The notes beneath the pieces are model-generated. The model ran no database searches. It worked only from the letters and a program-made list of their open reading frames with translations, and was not told the origin of the DNA. Shown here in pieces: positions 1 to 8,485 of a stretch of DNA of 24,000 nucleotides. The first letter of the stretch is position 1, and every line of letters starts with the position of its first letter. The translations under genes were made by a program, and so were the position numbers. The stretch comes from an uncultured Oscillospiraceae bacterium (GTDB lineage Bacteria; Bacillota; Clostridia; Oscillospirales; Ruminococcaceae), in assembly GCA_934232845.1 (NCBI GenBank), contig CAKQGD010000014.1, positions 1-24,000 of the forward strand. Direction: 5' to 3'.

Positions 1-1755
1 GATTATCTGATCGTACAGCATATGGAGCCGGATCATGCGGCGACTCTGCCCGACCTGCTGGTACGCTATCCAAAAGTACAAATTGTCTGCAGCGCCATGG
101 CGAAAAATATGATCGGCCAGTTTTTCGATTTTGGAGAGCTGCCGATCCGCACGGTGAAGGACGGGGACACGCTTGTTTCCGGCAGCCATACGCTGCGCTT
201 TCTGACCGCGCCGATGGTACATTGGCCCGAGGTGCTGATGACCTATGATGAGACGGCCAAGACACTCTTTTCCGCGGATGCGTTCGGCTCCTTCGGTGCG
301 CTCAACGGACGGCTTTTCGCCGATGAAATCGATTTTATGCGCGACGGTCTCGACGAGGCGCGCCGTTACTACACCAATATTGTCGGCAAGTACGGTGATC
401 AGGTGATGGCGGCTGCCGGCAAGCTTGCTTCGTTTGAGCTTTCCATGGTTTGTCCGCTGCACGGTTTTGTCTGGCGCAGGGGCTTTGGCGAACTGTTGGA
501 AAAATACATGAAATGGGCCTTGTACGAACCGGAAGAAAAGAGCGTATTGATTGCGTACGCCTCCGTCTACGGAAATACCGAAGCTGCGGCGAACCGCCTT
601 GCCTGTATGCTCGGTGAGCGCGGCGTCCGTGTGAGAATGTACGACACCTCCGTCACGCCTGCCTCTTATATTGTGGCGGATGCTTTCCGCTGCAGTCATC
701 TGGTCTTTGCTTCCACGACATATAACGCGGGTATTTTTGTTACGATGGAGCAGCTGCTGCATGATCTTGCCGCCCATGGTCTGAGAAACCGCCGTGTTGC
801 TCTGATTGAGAACGGCAGCTGGGCGCCGACAAGCGGCGCTCTGATGGAAAAACTGCTCTCGCCGCTCAAGGACTTCTCATTCGTGACGCAGCGCATCACG
901 GTCCGTTCCGGCGTAAAACCCGCGCAGGAGGAGCAGCTCTGCGCTTTGGCCGACGCGCTTGCCGCCGAGATTCTACCCGCCGCATCCGGCGGACAGATGC
1001 CGGTTTCCCTCGGAAAAGTCGAAAACGAGGCGTTTTTCAAGCTCTCCTATGGGCTGTTTGTTCTCTCCGCCCGGCAGAACGGCCGCGACAACGGCTGCAT
1101 TATCAACACCGCGATTCAGCTCACCGAGGACCCCAAGCGGATGCTGATCGCCGTCAACAAGGCAAACCACACCTGCGATATGATTCGCGAGACGGGGATA
1201 TTCTGCCTCTCTGCCCTGTCGGAGTCAACACCCTTCTCCGTGTTTCAGAATTTCGGCTTCCAGTCGGGACGCAGTGCGGATAAATTTGCGGCCGTCGCCG
1301 AGAAGCGCACTGCCGACGGCCTGCGTATTCTGCCTGAACATGCGTCGGCGTTTTTCTCCTGCCGCGTTGTCGATCAGAAAGACTACGGCACGCACACGCT
1401 CTTTGTAGCCGAGGTGACCGAGGCGGGCGTGCTTTCTGCCGAGGCTCCCGCGACATATGCCTATTACTTTGCCCACATTAAGCCGAAGCCTCAGCCTGCC
1501 GCTAAGCAGAAGACCGGATTCGTCTGCGAAATCTGCGGCTATGTGTACGAGGGAGAGACGCTGCCCCCCGATTTTATCTGTCCGCTGTGCAAGCACGATG
1601 TTGAGGCGTTTCGGCCTCTTGCACCCGCTGCGCCGAAGAAAAAGGGCTTTGTCTGCCGTATCTGCGGTTATGTGTATGAGGGAGACGTACTTCCGCCCGA
1701 CTTTACCTGCCCGCTGTGCAAGCACGGTGCGGAGGATTTTGAACCGCTGCCCTGA
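1..1755 (+). CDS. Flavodiiron protein (FprA-like), 5'-truncated by the window edge, fused C-terminally to a flavin-reductase-like domain and two rubredoxin domains
   Basis: Frame 1 is open from nt 1 (DYLIVQ precedes the listed Met). This places the diiron H-x-E-x-D-H motif HMEPDH at nt 19-36. Further FDP ligand contexts are PMVHWPE, LFSADAFG and CPLHG. A flavodoxin-like VLIAYASVYGNTEAAA starts near nt 541. A flavin-reductase-like block (FFKLSYGLFVLSARQNGRDNGCIINT...) spans about nt 1018-1489. Two CxxCG...CPxC rubredoxin modules lie at nt 1516-1752, and the stop is at 1753-1755. Confidence 0.85.
   Translation, partial: DYLIVQHMEPDHAATLPDLLVRYPKVQIVCSAMAKNMIGQFFDFGELPIRTVKDGDTLVSGSHTLRFLTAPMVHWPEVLMTYDETAKTLFSADAFGSFGALNGRLFADEIDFMRDGLDEARRYYTNIVGKYGDQVMAAAGKLASFELSMVCPLHGFVWRRGFGELLEKYMKWALYEPEEKSVLIAYASVYGNTEAAANRLACMLGERGVRVRMYDTSVTPASYIVADAFRCSHLVFASTTYNAGIFVTMEQLLHDLAAHGLRNRRVALIENGSWAPTSGALMEKLLSPLKDFSFVTQRITVRSGVKPAQEEQLCALADALAAEILPAASGGQMPVSLGKVENEAFFKLSYGLFVLSARQNGRDNGCIINTAIQLTEDPKRMLIAVNKANHTCDMIRETGIFCLSALSESTPFSVFQNFGFQSGRSADKFAAVAEKRTADGLRILPEHASAFFSCRVVDQKDYGTHTLFVAEVTEAGVLSAEAPATYAYYFAHIKPKPQPAAKQKTGFVCEICGYVYEGETLPPDFICPLCKHDVEAFRPLAPAAPKKKGFVCRICGYVYEGDVLPPDFTCPLCKHGAEDFEPLP
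1516..1752 (+). repeat. Tandem duplication of a rubredoxin-coding module (period 129 nt / 43 codons)
   Basis: GFVCEICGYVYEGETLPPDFICPLCKHDVEAFRPL (from nt 1516) aligns with GFVCRICGYVYEGDVLPPDFTCPLCKHGAEDFEPL (from nt 1645). By my count 27 of 35 residues are identical. The two copies are joined by the linker APAAPKKK. Confidence 0.85.
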
Positions 1756-1768
1756 ATAAAAAACGGGA

Positions 1769-1808
1769 CCGCCGCGCATCTGCTTTTGGATGTGCGGCGG
1801 TTTGATTT
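1769..1808 (+). terminator. Rho-independent terminator of the flavodiiron gene
   Basis: ccgccgcgcatc (1769-1780) pairs with gatgtgcggcgg (1789-1800), giving a 12-bp stem with one G-U pair and an 8-nt loop. It is followed by tttgattt. Confidence 0.7.
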
Positions 1809-1835
1809 GACAGCGCTTCGCCGCCGCGCTATAAT
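1807..1835 (+). promoter_or_regulatory. Sigma-A type promoter, perfect consensus
   Basis: TTGACA (1807-1812), a 17-nt spacer, then TATAAT (1830-1835). It lies about 75 nt upstream of the ynbB-like start. Confidence 0.65.
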
Positions 1836-1912
1836 CGGTGTCGTGTGAAAAGCCCCGAAAAGCGCGGAAAATCTGCCGCTGCGGGCTTGATCGAACAATG
1901 GGGGAAGAAGAA

Positions 1913-3190
1913 ATGGATAATACAATGCTTTCACAGCTCGGCGTCAGCGAAAAGGTCGCCGCGTTCGGAGAGGAGATTCTCTCCTCCCTTCGGGAGCGCT
2001 TTGAGGAAATCGACGCCGCCGCAGAATACAATCAATACAAGGTCATCGCGGCTATGCAGAAAAACCGCGTCAGCGCGGCCTGTTTTAATCCGTCTACGGG
2101 CTACGGCTATGACGATATGGGGCGCGATACGCTGGAAAAGGTCTACGCATCGTGCTTTCATACCGAGGCGGCGCTCGTTCGTCCTCAGATCACCTGCGGC
2201 ACGCATGCGCTCTGCATTGCGCTTTCAGCAAATCTGAGGCCCGGCGACGAGCTCCTTTCTCCGGTGGGCAAGCCCTACGATACGCTTGAAGAGGTGATCG
2301 GGATCCGTGACTGCCCCGGTTCGCTGAGGGAATACGGCGTTTCTTACCGGCAGGCCGACCTGCTGCCGGACGGAACGTTCGACTACGATGCGATCCGTGC
2401 CGCGATCAATGAAAAAACGCGCGTTGTGACGATTCAAAGGTCAAAGGGATATCAGACGCGTCCGTCCTTTTCGGTGGCACAGATCGGGGAGCTGATTTCG
2501 TTTGTAAAGAAGATCAAACCCTCGGTCATCTGTATGGTCGACAACTGCTACGGCGAGTTTGTCGAGAGGATAGAACCCTCCGACGTCGGCGCGGACATGA
2601 TCGTCGGCTCTCTTATCAAAAACCCCGGCGGCGGTCTGGCTCCGGCGGGAGGATATATCTGCGGTACGCAGGAGTGCGTCGAGCGCTGTGCATACCGCCT
2701 TACTTCACCCGGCTTGGGACGGGAGGTCGGCGCGAATCTCGGTACAATGCCCTCGTTTTACCAGGGATTTTTCCTTGCGCCCACGGTCGTAGCAGGTGCG
2801 CTCAAGGGCGCGATTTTTGCCGCGAATGTGTATGAAAAGCTTGGGTTTTCCGTGGTGCCCAACGGCTCAGAGAGCCGTCACGACATAATTCAGGCTGTCA
2901 CGCTGGGCTCCGCCGAAGCGATGCTGGCTTTCTGCCGGGGCATTCAGGCAGCCGCCCCGGTCGACAGCTATGTGACGCCGGAGGGGTACCCCATGCCCGG
3001 CTATGATTCCGACGTCGTGATGGCTGCGGGCGCGTTTATCCAAGGGTCGTCAATCGAGCTTTCGGCGGACGGCCCGATTCGTGAGCCCTATGCCGTCTAT
3101 TTTCAGGGCGGCCTGACGTGGTATCATGCGAAGCTCGGCATTCTGATGTCTTTGCAGAAGCTGGTCGAAAAAGGGATTGTTGAACTGTAA
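1913..3190 (+). CDS. ynbB: YnbB / 'aluminium resistance protein' family PLP-dependent enzyme (Met_gamma_lyase-like fold)
   Basis: Blocks I recognise from the B. subtilis YnbB family: STGYGYDDMGRDTLEKVYA, LVRPQITCGTHA, GKPYDTLEEVIG, IQRSKGYQTRPSF (likely the PLP lysine), VDNCYGEFVE, GSLIKNPGGG, AYRLTSPGLG, QGFFLAP and SIELSADGPIREPY. The start is set at the ATG at 1913, which follows GGGGGAAG. In-frame alternatives at 1898 and 1838 have no RBS. Confidence 0.85.
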   Translation: MDNTMLSQLGVSEKVAAFGEEILSSLRERFEEIDAAAEYNQYKVIAAMQKNRVSAACFNPSTGYGYDDMGRDTLEKVYASCFHTEAALVRPQITCGTHALCIALSANLRPGDELLSPVGKPYDTLEEVIGIRDCPGSLREYGVSYRQADLLPDGTFDYDAIRAAINEKTRVVTIQRSKGYQTRPSFSVAQIGELISFVKKIKPSVICMVDNCYGEFVERIEPSDVGADMIVGSLIKNPGGGLAPAGGYICGTQECVERCAYRLTSPGLGREVGANLGTMPSFYQGFFLAPTVVAGALKGAIFAANVYEKLGFSVVPNGSESRHDIIQAVTLGSAEAMLAFCRGIQAAAPVDSYVTPEGYPMPGYDSDVVMAAGAFIQGSSIELSADGPIREPYAVYFQGGLTWYHAKLGILMSLQKLVEKGIVEL

Positions 3191-3281
3191 GAGGAGTATA
3201 AAAACAAACGCATTTTAAGGGGCATCAGTATCTGCAAAGCGGGAAGCATATGGGAAAATCAGACCGATGCATCCATAAAAC

Positions 3282-3322
3282 GGCGGTACTCAGTTTTTAC
3301 GACTGGGTACCGTCTGTTTTTT
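3282..3322 (+). terminator. Rho-independent terminator of ynbB
   Basis: ggcggtactcagt (3282-3294) pairs with actgggtaccgtc (3302-3314), giving 13 bp including two G-U pairs and a 7-nt loop. It is followed by tgtttttt. Confidence 0.65.
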
Positions 3323-3455
3323 GCCGTCGTGAAAAATGCTGCGGCTCTTATAAAAAATGCGGCAGTGAGCCAAAACCTTTGTGATTTTTAAAAGAATACC
3401 CATGCGTGCAAATTTTAACGGAGAGAAAACAAAATGTAAAACAATCCATGATATA

Positions 3456-3484
3456 TTGACGAAACCGTCGGGTTGTGGCATTAT
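3456..3484 (+). promoter_or_regulatory. Candidate sigma-A promoter of the tetR-MATE unit
   Basis: TTGACG (3456-3461), a 17-nt spacer ending in the extended -10 TGg, then CATTAT (3479-3484). The region is AT-rich, so the -10 register is ambiguous. Confidence 0.4.
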
Positions 3485-3529
3485 ATAAAAAAAACAGACT
3501 GGTCGGTCTATATTTTGGAGGAAACATCG

Positions 3530-4150
3530 TTGAAGCGCGAGGAAAAAAACGCACTTTCCAGAAAAAGAATATTAGAGGCGGCGGCGCGGGAGTTTTCCAA
3601 AAAAGGATACGACGGAGCTTCGCTGAATTCGTTTTGTTCGGAAAACGGCATTTCAAAAGGGATTCTTTATCATCATTTTAAAGACAAAGACGAATTATAT
3701 CTTTTGTGCGCCGAGGATTGCTTTAACCGGCTTGCCGCATATCTGGAAACACCGGTATTTGATGAATCTGATTGCCCGGAGGTGCGCCTGCAGAAATATT
3801 TTGATGCCAGACTGCGTTTCTTTACAGAGAATCCGATTTGCCTCGGAATTTTTTTGAATTCGGTATTGTATCCGCCGGCCCATTTAATCTCAAGAATTGC
3901 CGAGGTGCGCAAAAAATTTGACAGACAAAACATTTCCATTCTGACGGAGCTTTTAAAAAGCGCTCCTATGAGAGAAGGAAATACCATCCCGACGGTGGTG
4001 GATGATTTTCGAATGTATATGGATTATTTCAATGCGGTTTTACGCCCTGTGCTGGACGAGGACGAGAGCCCTGAGCAGGCGCTTCGCGAACATGAAGAAA
4101 GATGCCGTCGGCAGCTTAAGATATTATTATACGGAGTATTGGAGAATTGA
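3530..4150 (+). CDS. TetR/AcrR family transcriptional regulator
   Basis: The N-terminal helix-turn-helix signature is RKRILEAAAREFSKKGYDGASLNSFCSENGISKGILYHHFKDKDELY. The start is set at the TTG at 3530, 8 nt after GGAGG (3517-3521). The listed start at 3473 is also TTG, has no RBS and overlaps the putative -10. Confidence 0.85.
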   Translation: MKREEKNALSRKRILEAAAREFSKKGYDGASLNSFCSENGISKGILYHHFKDKDELYLLCAEDCFNRLAAYLETPVFDESDCPEVRLQKYFDARLRFFTENPICLGIFLNSVLYPPAHLISRIAEVRKKFDRQNISILTELLKSAPMREGNTIPTVVDDFRMYMDYFNAVLRPVLDEDESPEQALREHEERCRRQLKILLYGVLEN

Positions 4151-4151
4151 C

Positions 4152-5515
4152 ATGTGCAAAGATAAAACAGGGGAAAGAGAATCTGTTCTCTCTGCGGTAA
4201 AGCCTTCCAAGGCAATTGTGAGCCTCGCCGTTCCGGCTACTCTGGCTCTGCTGGCAAAAGCGATCTATAATATGTGGATACGGCGTATATCGGCATGCTG
4301 CACAGCGATGAAGCGCTGGCGGCGGTGGGCGTAACACTGCCTCTGCTTCTCATCATGGTTTCTGTGGAAAACATTTTCGCGGCGGGTGCTGCCGTTCTGG
4401 CGGGCCGCCAGCTCGGAGCCGGAGGAAAAGAGGATGCCAATCGCACGGTGACGACGATTGCGGCGCTTTCCATGATGATTGGAATTCTGCTGTGCGTATT
4501 GGGAATTGTGTTTATCGAGCCGCTTCTGAAAGGATTCGGCGCATCCGACGCCGTGCTGCCTCAGGCAAAGGATTATGCATTTTGGATGTTTGTTGCCGCG
4601 GTTTTCAACCTGCCTGCACAAAGTCTTAATTGCGCGGCGCGTGCGGAATCTTCCGTAAAAATCTCTTGCGGTCGGCGCGGCGCTCAACGTTCTTCTGGAT
4701 CCTGTGTTCATGTTTTCATGGGGATTGAATATGGGCGTAGAGGGAGCTTCTTTAGCTACGACAATTTCTCAGTGCGTTACTTTTGCAATTCTTGCATGGT
4801 TTTATCTTTCCGGGCGCTCTATTATCAAGATCAGACCGGAATACTTCAGCCCATCCCGCAGAATGGTGTGGGTTGTGGTGTCAATCGGCATTCCTACGGC
4901 GATTATACAAATCTGTCTTGCGGCGGCAACTTCTCTCACTAATATCGCGGTAAAGCCCTTGGCGGATTCCGATTTGATCATTGCCGCATATGGCGTGGTG
5001 CAGAGACTGATTCTGATAGGCTGTTATATCATTATGGGCTCTTTATGCAGGGCTATCAGCCGGTGGCGTCTTATGCCTACGGCGCAAGAAACGAAGAGCG
5101 TTTTCATGATTCGGTAAGATTTGCGATACGAGGAGCGCTGCTTTTGACGGCTATCGTTGAGGTAATTTATATTCTGCTTGCAGAGCCGCTGATTATGCTG
5201 TTTAATCAAAATCCCGCAGTGATTGAATATGGGCGCCTCCTGCTCATTTCTCAGGTGGCGATATATCCGGCGTTTGGCCTTTGCTATATGATGTCCATTA
5301 CTTTCCAAACAGTTGGAGCGTCAAAAATGGGTGTGTTTTTGTCACTGCTTCGCCAGGGACTGTTTTATATTCCGTTTATTTTAGTTCTGCCTAATCTTTT
5401 GGGAATCAAAGGCGTCTATCTTTCTCAGCCCTTCGCCGATGTGTTCACTATATTGGTGTGCGTATGCCTGATTAAGCCTATGAAGCGCATCGCCTCACGA
5501 AATATGTTCACTTAA
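4152..5515 (+). pseudogene. MATE family efflux transporter, disrupted by three single-nucleotide frameshifts
   Basis: MATE-like sequence is continuous only if four ORF pieces are joined. The pieces are 4152-4274 (frame 0), 4274-~4660 (frame 2), ~4662-~5042 (frame 0) and 5045-5515 (frame 2). The junctions read YNM|VDTAYIG (atgGtg collapsed to atgtg at 4274), SVK|SLAVGAALNVLLDP (A5 run at 4657-4661) and IIMG..F|MQGYQPV (T3 run at 5042-5044). The ATG at 4152 lies 1 nt after the tetR stop and is preceded by GGAG. Confidence 0.75.
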
Positions 5516-5682
5516 AAGACGCTCAAAGCCGTGATCGGCGGCAAATCGGCAGATGAAAATGAGTTTTGTTTTATCATAAAGTCCGTAAGAATCGGACTAC
5601 GGCCTGTCCCGTTTTTTATATAATATCTGGAAAAACAGAGCTTTACGGCTTTCCTTCTTTCACAGATTAAATTCTGTTTTTG

Positions 5683-5712
5683 TGCCCGCTTCCAAACGAA
5701 GCGGGCATTTTT
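5683..5712 (+). terminator. Rho-independent terminator downstream of the MATE locus
   Basis: tgcccgcttc (5683-5692) pairs perfectly with gaagcgggca (5698-5707) across a 5-nt loop. It is followed by ttttt. Confidence 0.7.
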
Positions 5713-5719
5713 AACCGGG

Positions 5720-5748
5720 TTGTGATTTTGGGCACGGCGTGTTACAAT
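5720..5748 (+). promoter_or_regulatory. Candidate sigma-A promoter of corA
   Basis: TTGTGA (5720-5725), a 17-nt spacer, then TACAAT (5743-5748). It lies 30 nt upstream of the corA ATG, whose RBS is AGGAGG at 5763-5768. Confidence 0.5.
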
Positions 5749-5777
5749 AAACAAAAAATCATACAGGAGGAGCCCGT

Positions 5778-6701
5778 ATGCGGGAATACAGAATTTCGGA
5801 TTTTCTTGATCCGGCGGTGGAATCGCCGCAGGAGGCGGTCGGTACGGTGCTCGTCTGCACCCAAGAGGAATGGGATGCGGTTGAACTCCCTGATCTGACG
5901 CGCCAGAGCTATGAGATGATTCGACGCGGAAGCCGCTACTGCCGTGCAGAGACACTTCGCACAAGCTATTTTGGTACGCTTTGTTTTCCGAACCGAAAAA
6001 AAATCTGCGGTCCGCCCGCGGACAGCCTTCATTTCTGTCTGAGTGAGGAAAAATTGATCATCATCGACGCGGATGCCTCGACCGTCGACTGGTGCGAGGG
6101 GATGAAAGAAGGCAAAAGCCTTCACCGAAAAACTCCTGCGGCCGTGCTGTTTGAGCTGATCCGGATGAAATCGACGGATGATGACGTTTTGCTTGATAAT
6201 CTCAAGAACAGAATGTATCGCATGGAAGAAAACATTCTCAGCGAGAACCCCAGCGGCCATATCGGAGAGCAGATTCTTCGCACACGGCATGAGCTGCTGA
6301 CACTTCGCTCTCATTACGACCAAATGGAAATTCTGTCAGAGACGCTTTGCGAAAACGCGAACGGCGCTCTTACAAAGCAGGACTGCCGCCTTTTCCGGGT
6401 GCTTGCGGGACGATACGGTCATTTTTTGTCGGATGCGCAGATGCTGCTCGATTACTCGGTGCAGGTAAGGGATCTCTATCAGACGCAGATCGACGTCAAG
6501 CAGAACCAGATTATGAAGCTGCTCACTATCGTTACGACGGTCTTTTTCCCGCTGACTTTGATTGCAGGCTGGTATGGAATGAATTTTTCTTATATGCCGG
6601 AGCTGCGCTGGCACGGCAGTTATTTTGTATTGATTGCGCTCTGTGCAGGAATTGTCTGCGTCAATCTGCGTATCTTTAAAAAATACGGCTTCTTTCGTTA
6701 A
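5778..6701 (+). CDS. corA: CorA family magnesium/cobalt transporter
   Basis: The C-terminal part has two transmembrane segments with the signature GWYGMNF (the GMN motif) followed by MPEL. The size (307 aa) and a soluble N-terminal domain are typical of the family. Confidence 0.85.
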   Translation: MREYRISDFLDPAVESPQEAVGTVLVCTQEEWDAVELPDLTRQSYEMIRRGSRYCRAETLRTSYFGTLCFPNRKKICGPPADSLHFCLSEEKLIIIDADASTVDWCEGMKEGKSLHRKTPAAVLFELIRMKSTDDDVLLDNLKNRMYRMEENILSENPSGHIGEQILRTRHELLTLRSHYDQMEILSETLCENANGALTKQDCRLFRVLAGRYGHFLSDAQMLLDYSVQVRDLYQTQIDVKQNQIMKLLTIVTTVFFPLTLIAGWYGMNFSYMPELRWHGSYFVLIALCAGIVCVNLRIFKKYGFFR

Positions 6702-6722
6702 GAGGATCGTGTCAAGCTAAAA

Positions 6723-6750
6723 TCCGCCTTTGCAAAAAGACGGATTTTTT
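6723..6750 (+). terminator. Rho-independent terminator of corA
   Basis: tccgccttt (6723-6731) pairs with aaagacgga (6736-6744), giving 9 bp with one mismatch and a GCAA loop. It is followed by tttttt. Confidence 0.6.
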
Positions 6751-6858
6751 ACTTTAGATGTAAAAATGATAACTTTTGCGAATTTCCAAAAGCATCTTTT
6801 CGGTGAAAAAAGAAGACCGTTTTTCTTTTGGAAAAGACAAGGAAAAGGAAACTTCTCC

Positions 6859-6887
6859 TTGAATTTCGGGCATATATCCGATACAAT
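6859..6887 (+). promoter_or_regulatory. Candidate sigma-A promoter of the yjjI-yjjW-ABC unit
   Basis: TTGAAT (6859-6864), a 17-nt spacer, then TACAAT (6882-6887). It lies about 50 nt upstream of the ATG at 6936. Confidence 0.5.
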
Positions 6888-6935
6888 AAATACGTTGGAT
6901 ATATAAAAAATCCGATTATTTCAGGGGGGATCAGG

Positions 6936-8483
6936 ATGCGCCCGATTTCGATGGAAACCGTGGAAAAAAAGAGAGAAGAAATTTTGCGGGAAATCTGCAA
7001 TCGTCAGGAGAGCCACGAGCAGAAAGTGACTGCCCTTTCCCGTGCGGCGGAGAACTTTCTCACCGTGCTCGATGAACCCGAGGGTCTTGACGAACTGATG
7101 CGCTGCCCGCAGGAGGAACGCTGCATCTGCAATCTGTTTGAGGGAGACGCGCCCTACCGTCCGCGCTATATTGCTCCCGACTATGATAAATTTCTGCGGC
7201 AGGGAAGCCGTTTTCTTCAGCTTGAGCCGCCTCGTGATTTTGAAGAGGCGCTTAATTCGCTGATGATTTTGTACCACAACGTACCGAGTATTACGAACTA
7301 TCCCGTTTATATCGGCAGACTTGACCGCCTGCTGACGCCTTATCTCGACGGTGTGGACGACGAACGCGCCAAAAAAGCGCTGCGGCTGTTTTTCACCCAA
7401 ATCGACCGTACGATTTTGGATTCCTTCTGTCATGCAAATATCGGACCGGAACCGTCGCGCGCGGGCAGGCTGATTCTCGAGGCGGAGGGTGAACTGGAAA
7501 ACGCCGTGCCGAACCTCACCATGCTTGTGGATGAGGAAAAAACCACCGATGATTTTCTGCTTGATGGAATTCGCTGCGCCATGCACAGCGCCAAGCCGAG
7601 CTTTGCAAACGATAAAATGTTCCGAAAAGAGCTGGGCGGCGGTTATGTAATCGCCAGCTGCTACAACGGTCTGCTCGAGGGAGGCGGCAGCTATACGCTT
7701 TCCCGTCTGCTGCTTTCCGGGATTGCGAAGCGTTCGAAAAACCTGCGTGATTTCAAGGAAAATCAGCTGCCGCATGTCATGGACGTGATGGCGCGCTATA
7801 TGGATGAACGGATTCGCTTTATTGCACAGGATACCGGTTTCTTTGAGAGCAATTTCCTTTCGGTCGAGGGACTGATTCAGCGCGACCGCTTTACCGCGAT
7901 GTTCGGCATGGTGGGTCTTGCCGAGTGTGTAAATCTCCTTCTGGAGAAGGAGGGACGCGGCAATCTCCGCTTTGGCCGCGACGCCGAGGCCGATGATCTC
8001 GGCGTTGAGATCATCGAACAGATCGACGCATTTAACCGTGCGCATACAAATCCCTACTGCGGTGCGACAGGCGGACATTTTCTCCTGCATGCGCAGGTGG
8101 GACTGGCGGACGATCACAACATGAGTCCCGGCACGCGGATCCCGGTGGGAGAGGAACCCGCGCAGCTTGTGGACCATCTCAAACAGATCAATCGCTTCCA
8201 TAAATATTTCCCGTCCGGCACGGGTGATATTTTCCCGGTCGATTTGACGGTGCATCAAAATCCCGCGTTTGTGCTTGACCTCATCCGCGGCTCCTTCTCG
8301 CAGGAGATTCGCTATCTTTCTTTCTACCGCAGCGACAGCGACGTTGTGCGTGTGACGGGTTATCTCGTCAAACGCAGCGAAATCGAAAAGCTTGCCGCGG
8401 GAGAAAACGTCCGTCAGAATACCACGGGCCTCGGCTATGGAGCCATGCAGAACTGCAAGGCCTTCGACCGGCGGATCCGCTGA
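6936..8483 (+). CDS. yjjI: YjjI-family (DUF3029) putative glycyl radical enzyme
   Basis: At 515 aa from the ATG at 6936 (RBS GGGGGGA at 6924-6930) it matches the approximately 516 aa I recall for E. coli YjjI. The C-terminal motif VVRVTGYLV (Gly codon at 8358-8360, 40 residues from the end) fits the glycyl-radical fingerprint R-V-x-G-Y. A YjjW-type activase follows 2 nt downstream. Confidence 0.8.
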   Translation: MRPISMETVEKKREEILREICNRQESHEQKVTALSRAAENFLTVLDEPEGLDELMRCPQEERCICNLFEGDAPYRPRYIAPDYDKFLRQGSRFLQLEPPRDFEEALNSLMILYHNVPSITNYPVYIGRLDRLLTPYLDGVDDERAKKALRLFFTQIDRTILDSFCHANIGPEPSRAGRLILEAEGELENAVPNLTMLVDEEKTTDDFLLDGIRCAMHSAKPSFANDKMFRKELGGGYVIASCYNGLLEGGGSYTLSRLLLSGIAKRSKNLRDFKENQLPHVMDVMARYMDERIRFIAQDTGFFESNFLSVEGLIQRDRFTAMFGMVGLAECVNLLLEKEGRGNLRFGRDAEADDLGVEIIEQIDAFNRAHTNPYCGATGGHFLLHAQVGLADDHNMSPGTRIPVGEEPAQLVDHLKQINRFHKYFPSGTGDIFPVDLTVHQNPAFVLDLIRGSFSQEIRYLSFYRSDSDVVRVTGYLVKRSEIEKLAAGENVRQNTTGLGYGAMQNCKAFDRRIR

Positions 8484-8485
8484 GA

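Noticed and set aside
4152-5515. Programmed ribosomal frameshifting as an explanation for the split MATE gene.
   Set aside because: Three separate shifts in alternating directions would be required. None sits on a recognisable slippery heptamer with a downstream structure. Decay or sequencing error is far simpler.
5619-5712. A possible tiny transcription unit: TATAAT at 5619-5624 followed about 60 nt later by the 5683-5712 terminator.
   Set aside because: There is no acceptable -35 at 17±1 nt (the sequence there is actacg). The TATAAT sits in an AT-rich stretch where such hexamers arise by chance, and nothing else supports it.
5516-5777. A possible Mg2+ (M-box) riboswitch or other leader RNA upstream of corA.
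   Set aside because: I could not find the conserved M-box core strings as I remember them (a GGUGAGG-type segment and GCUAAAGCUC-like segments). The hairpin and T-run at 5683-5712 lies upstream of the best promoter match (5720-5748). It is therefore better read as the terminator of the preceding unit, leaving only about a 25-nt corA leader.
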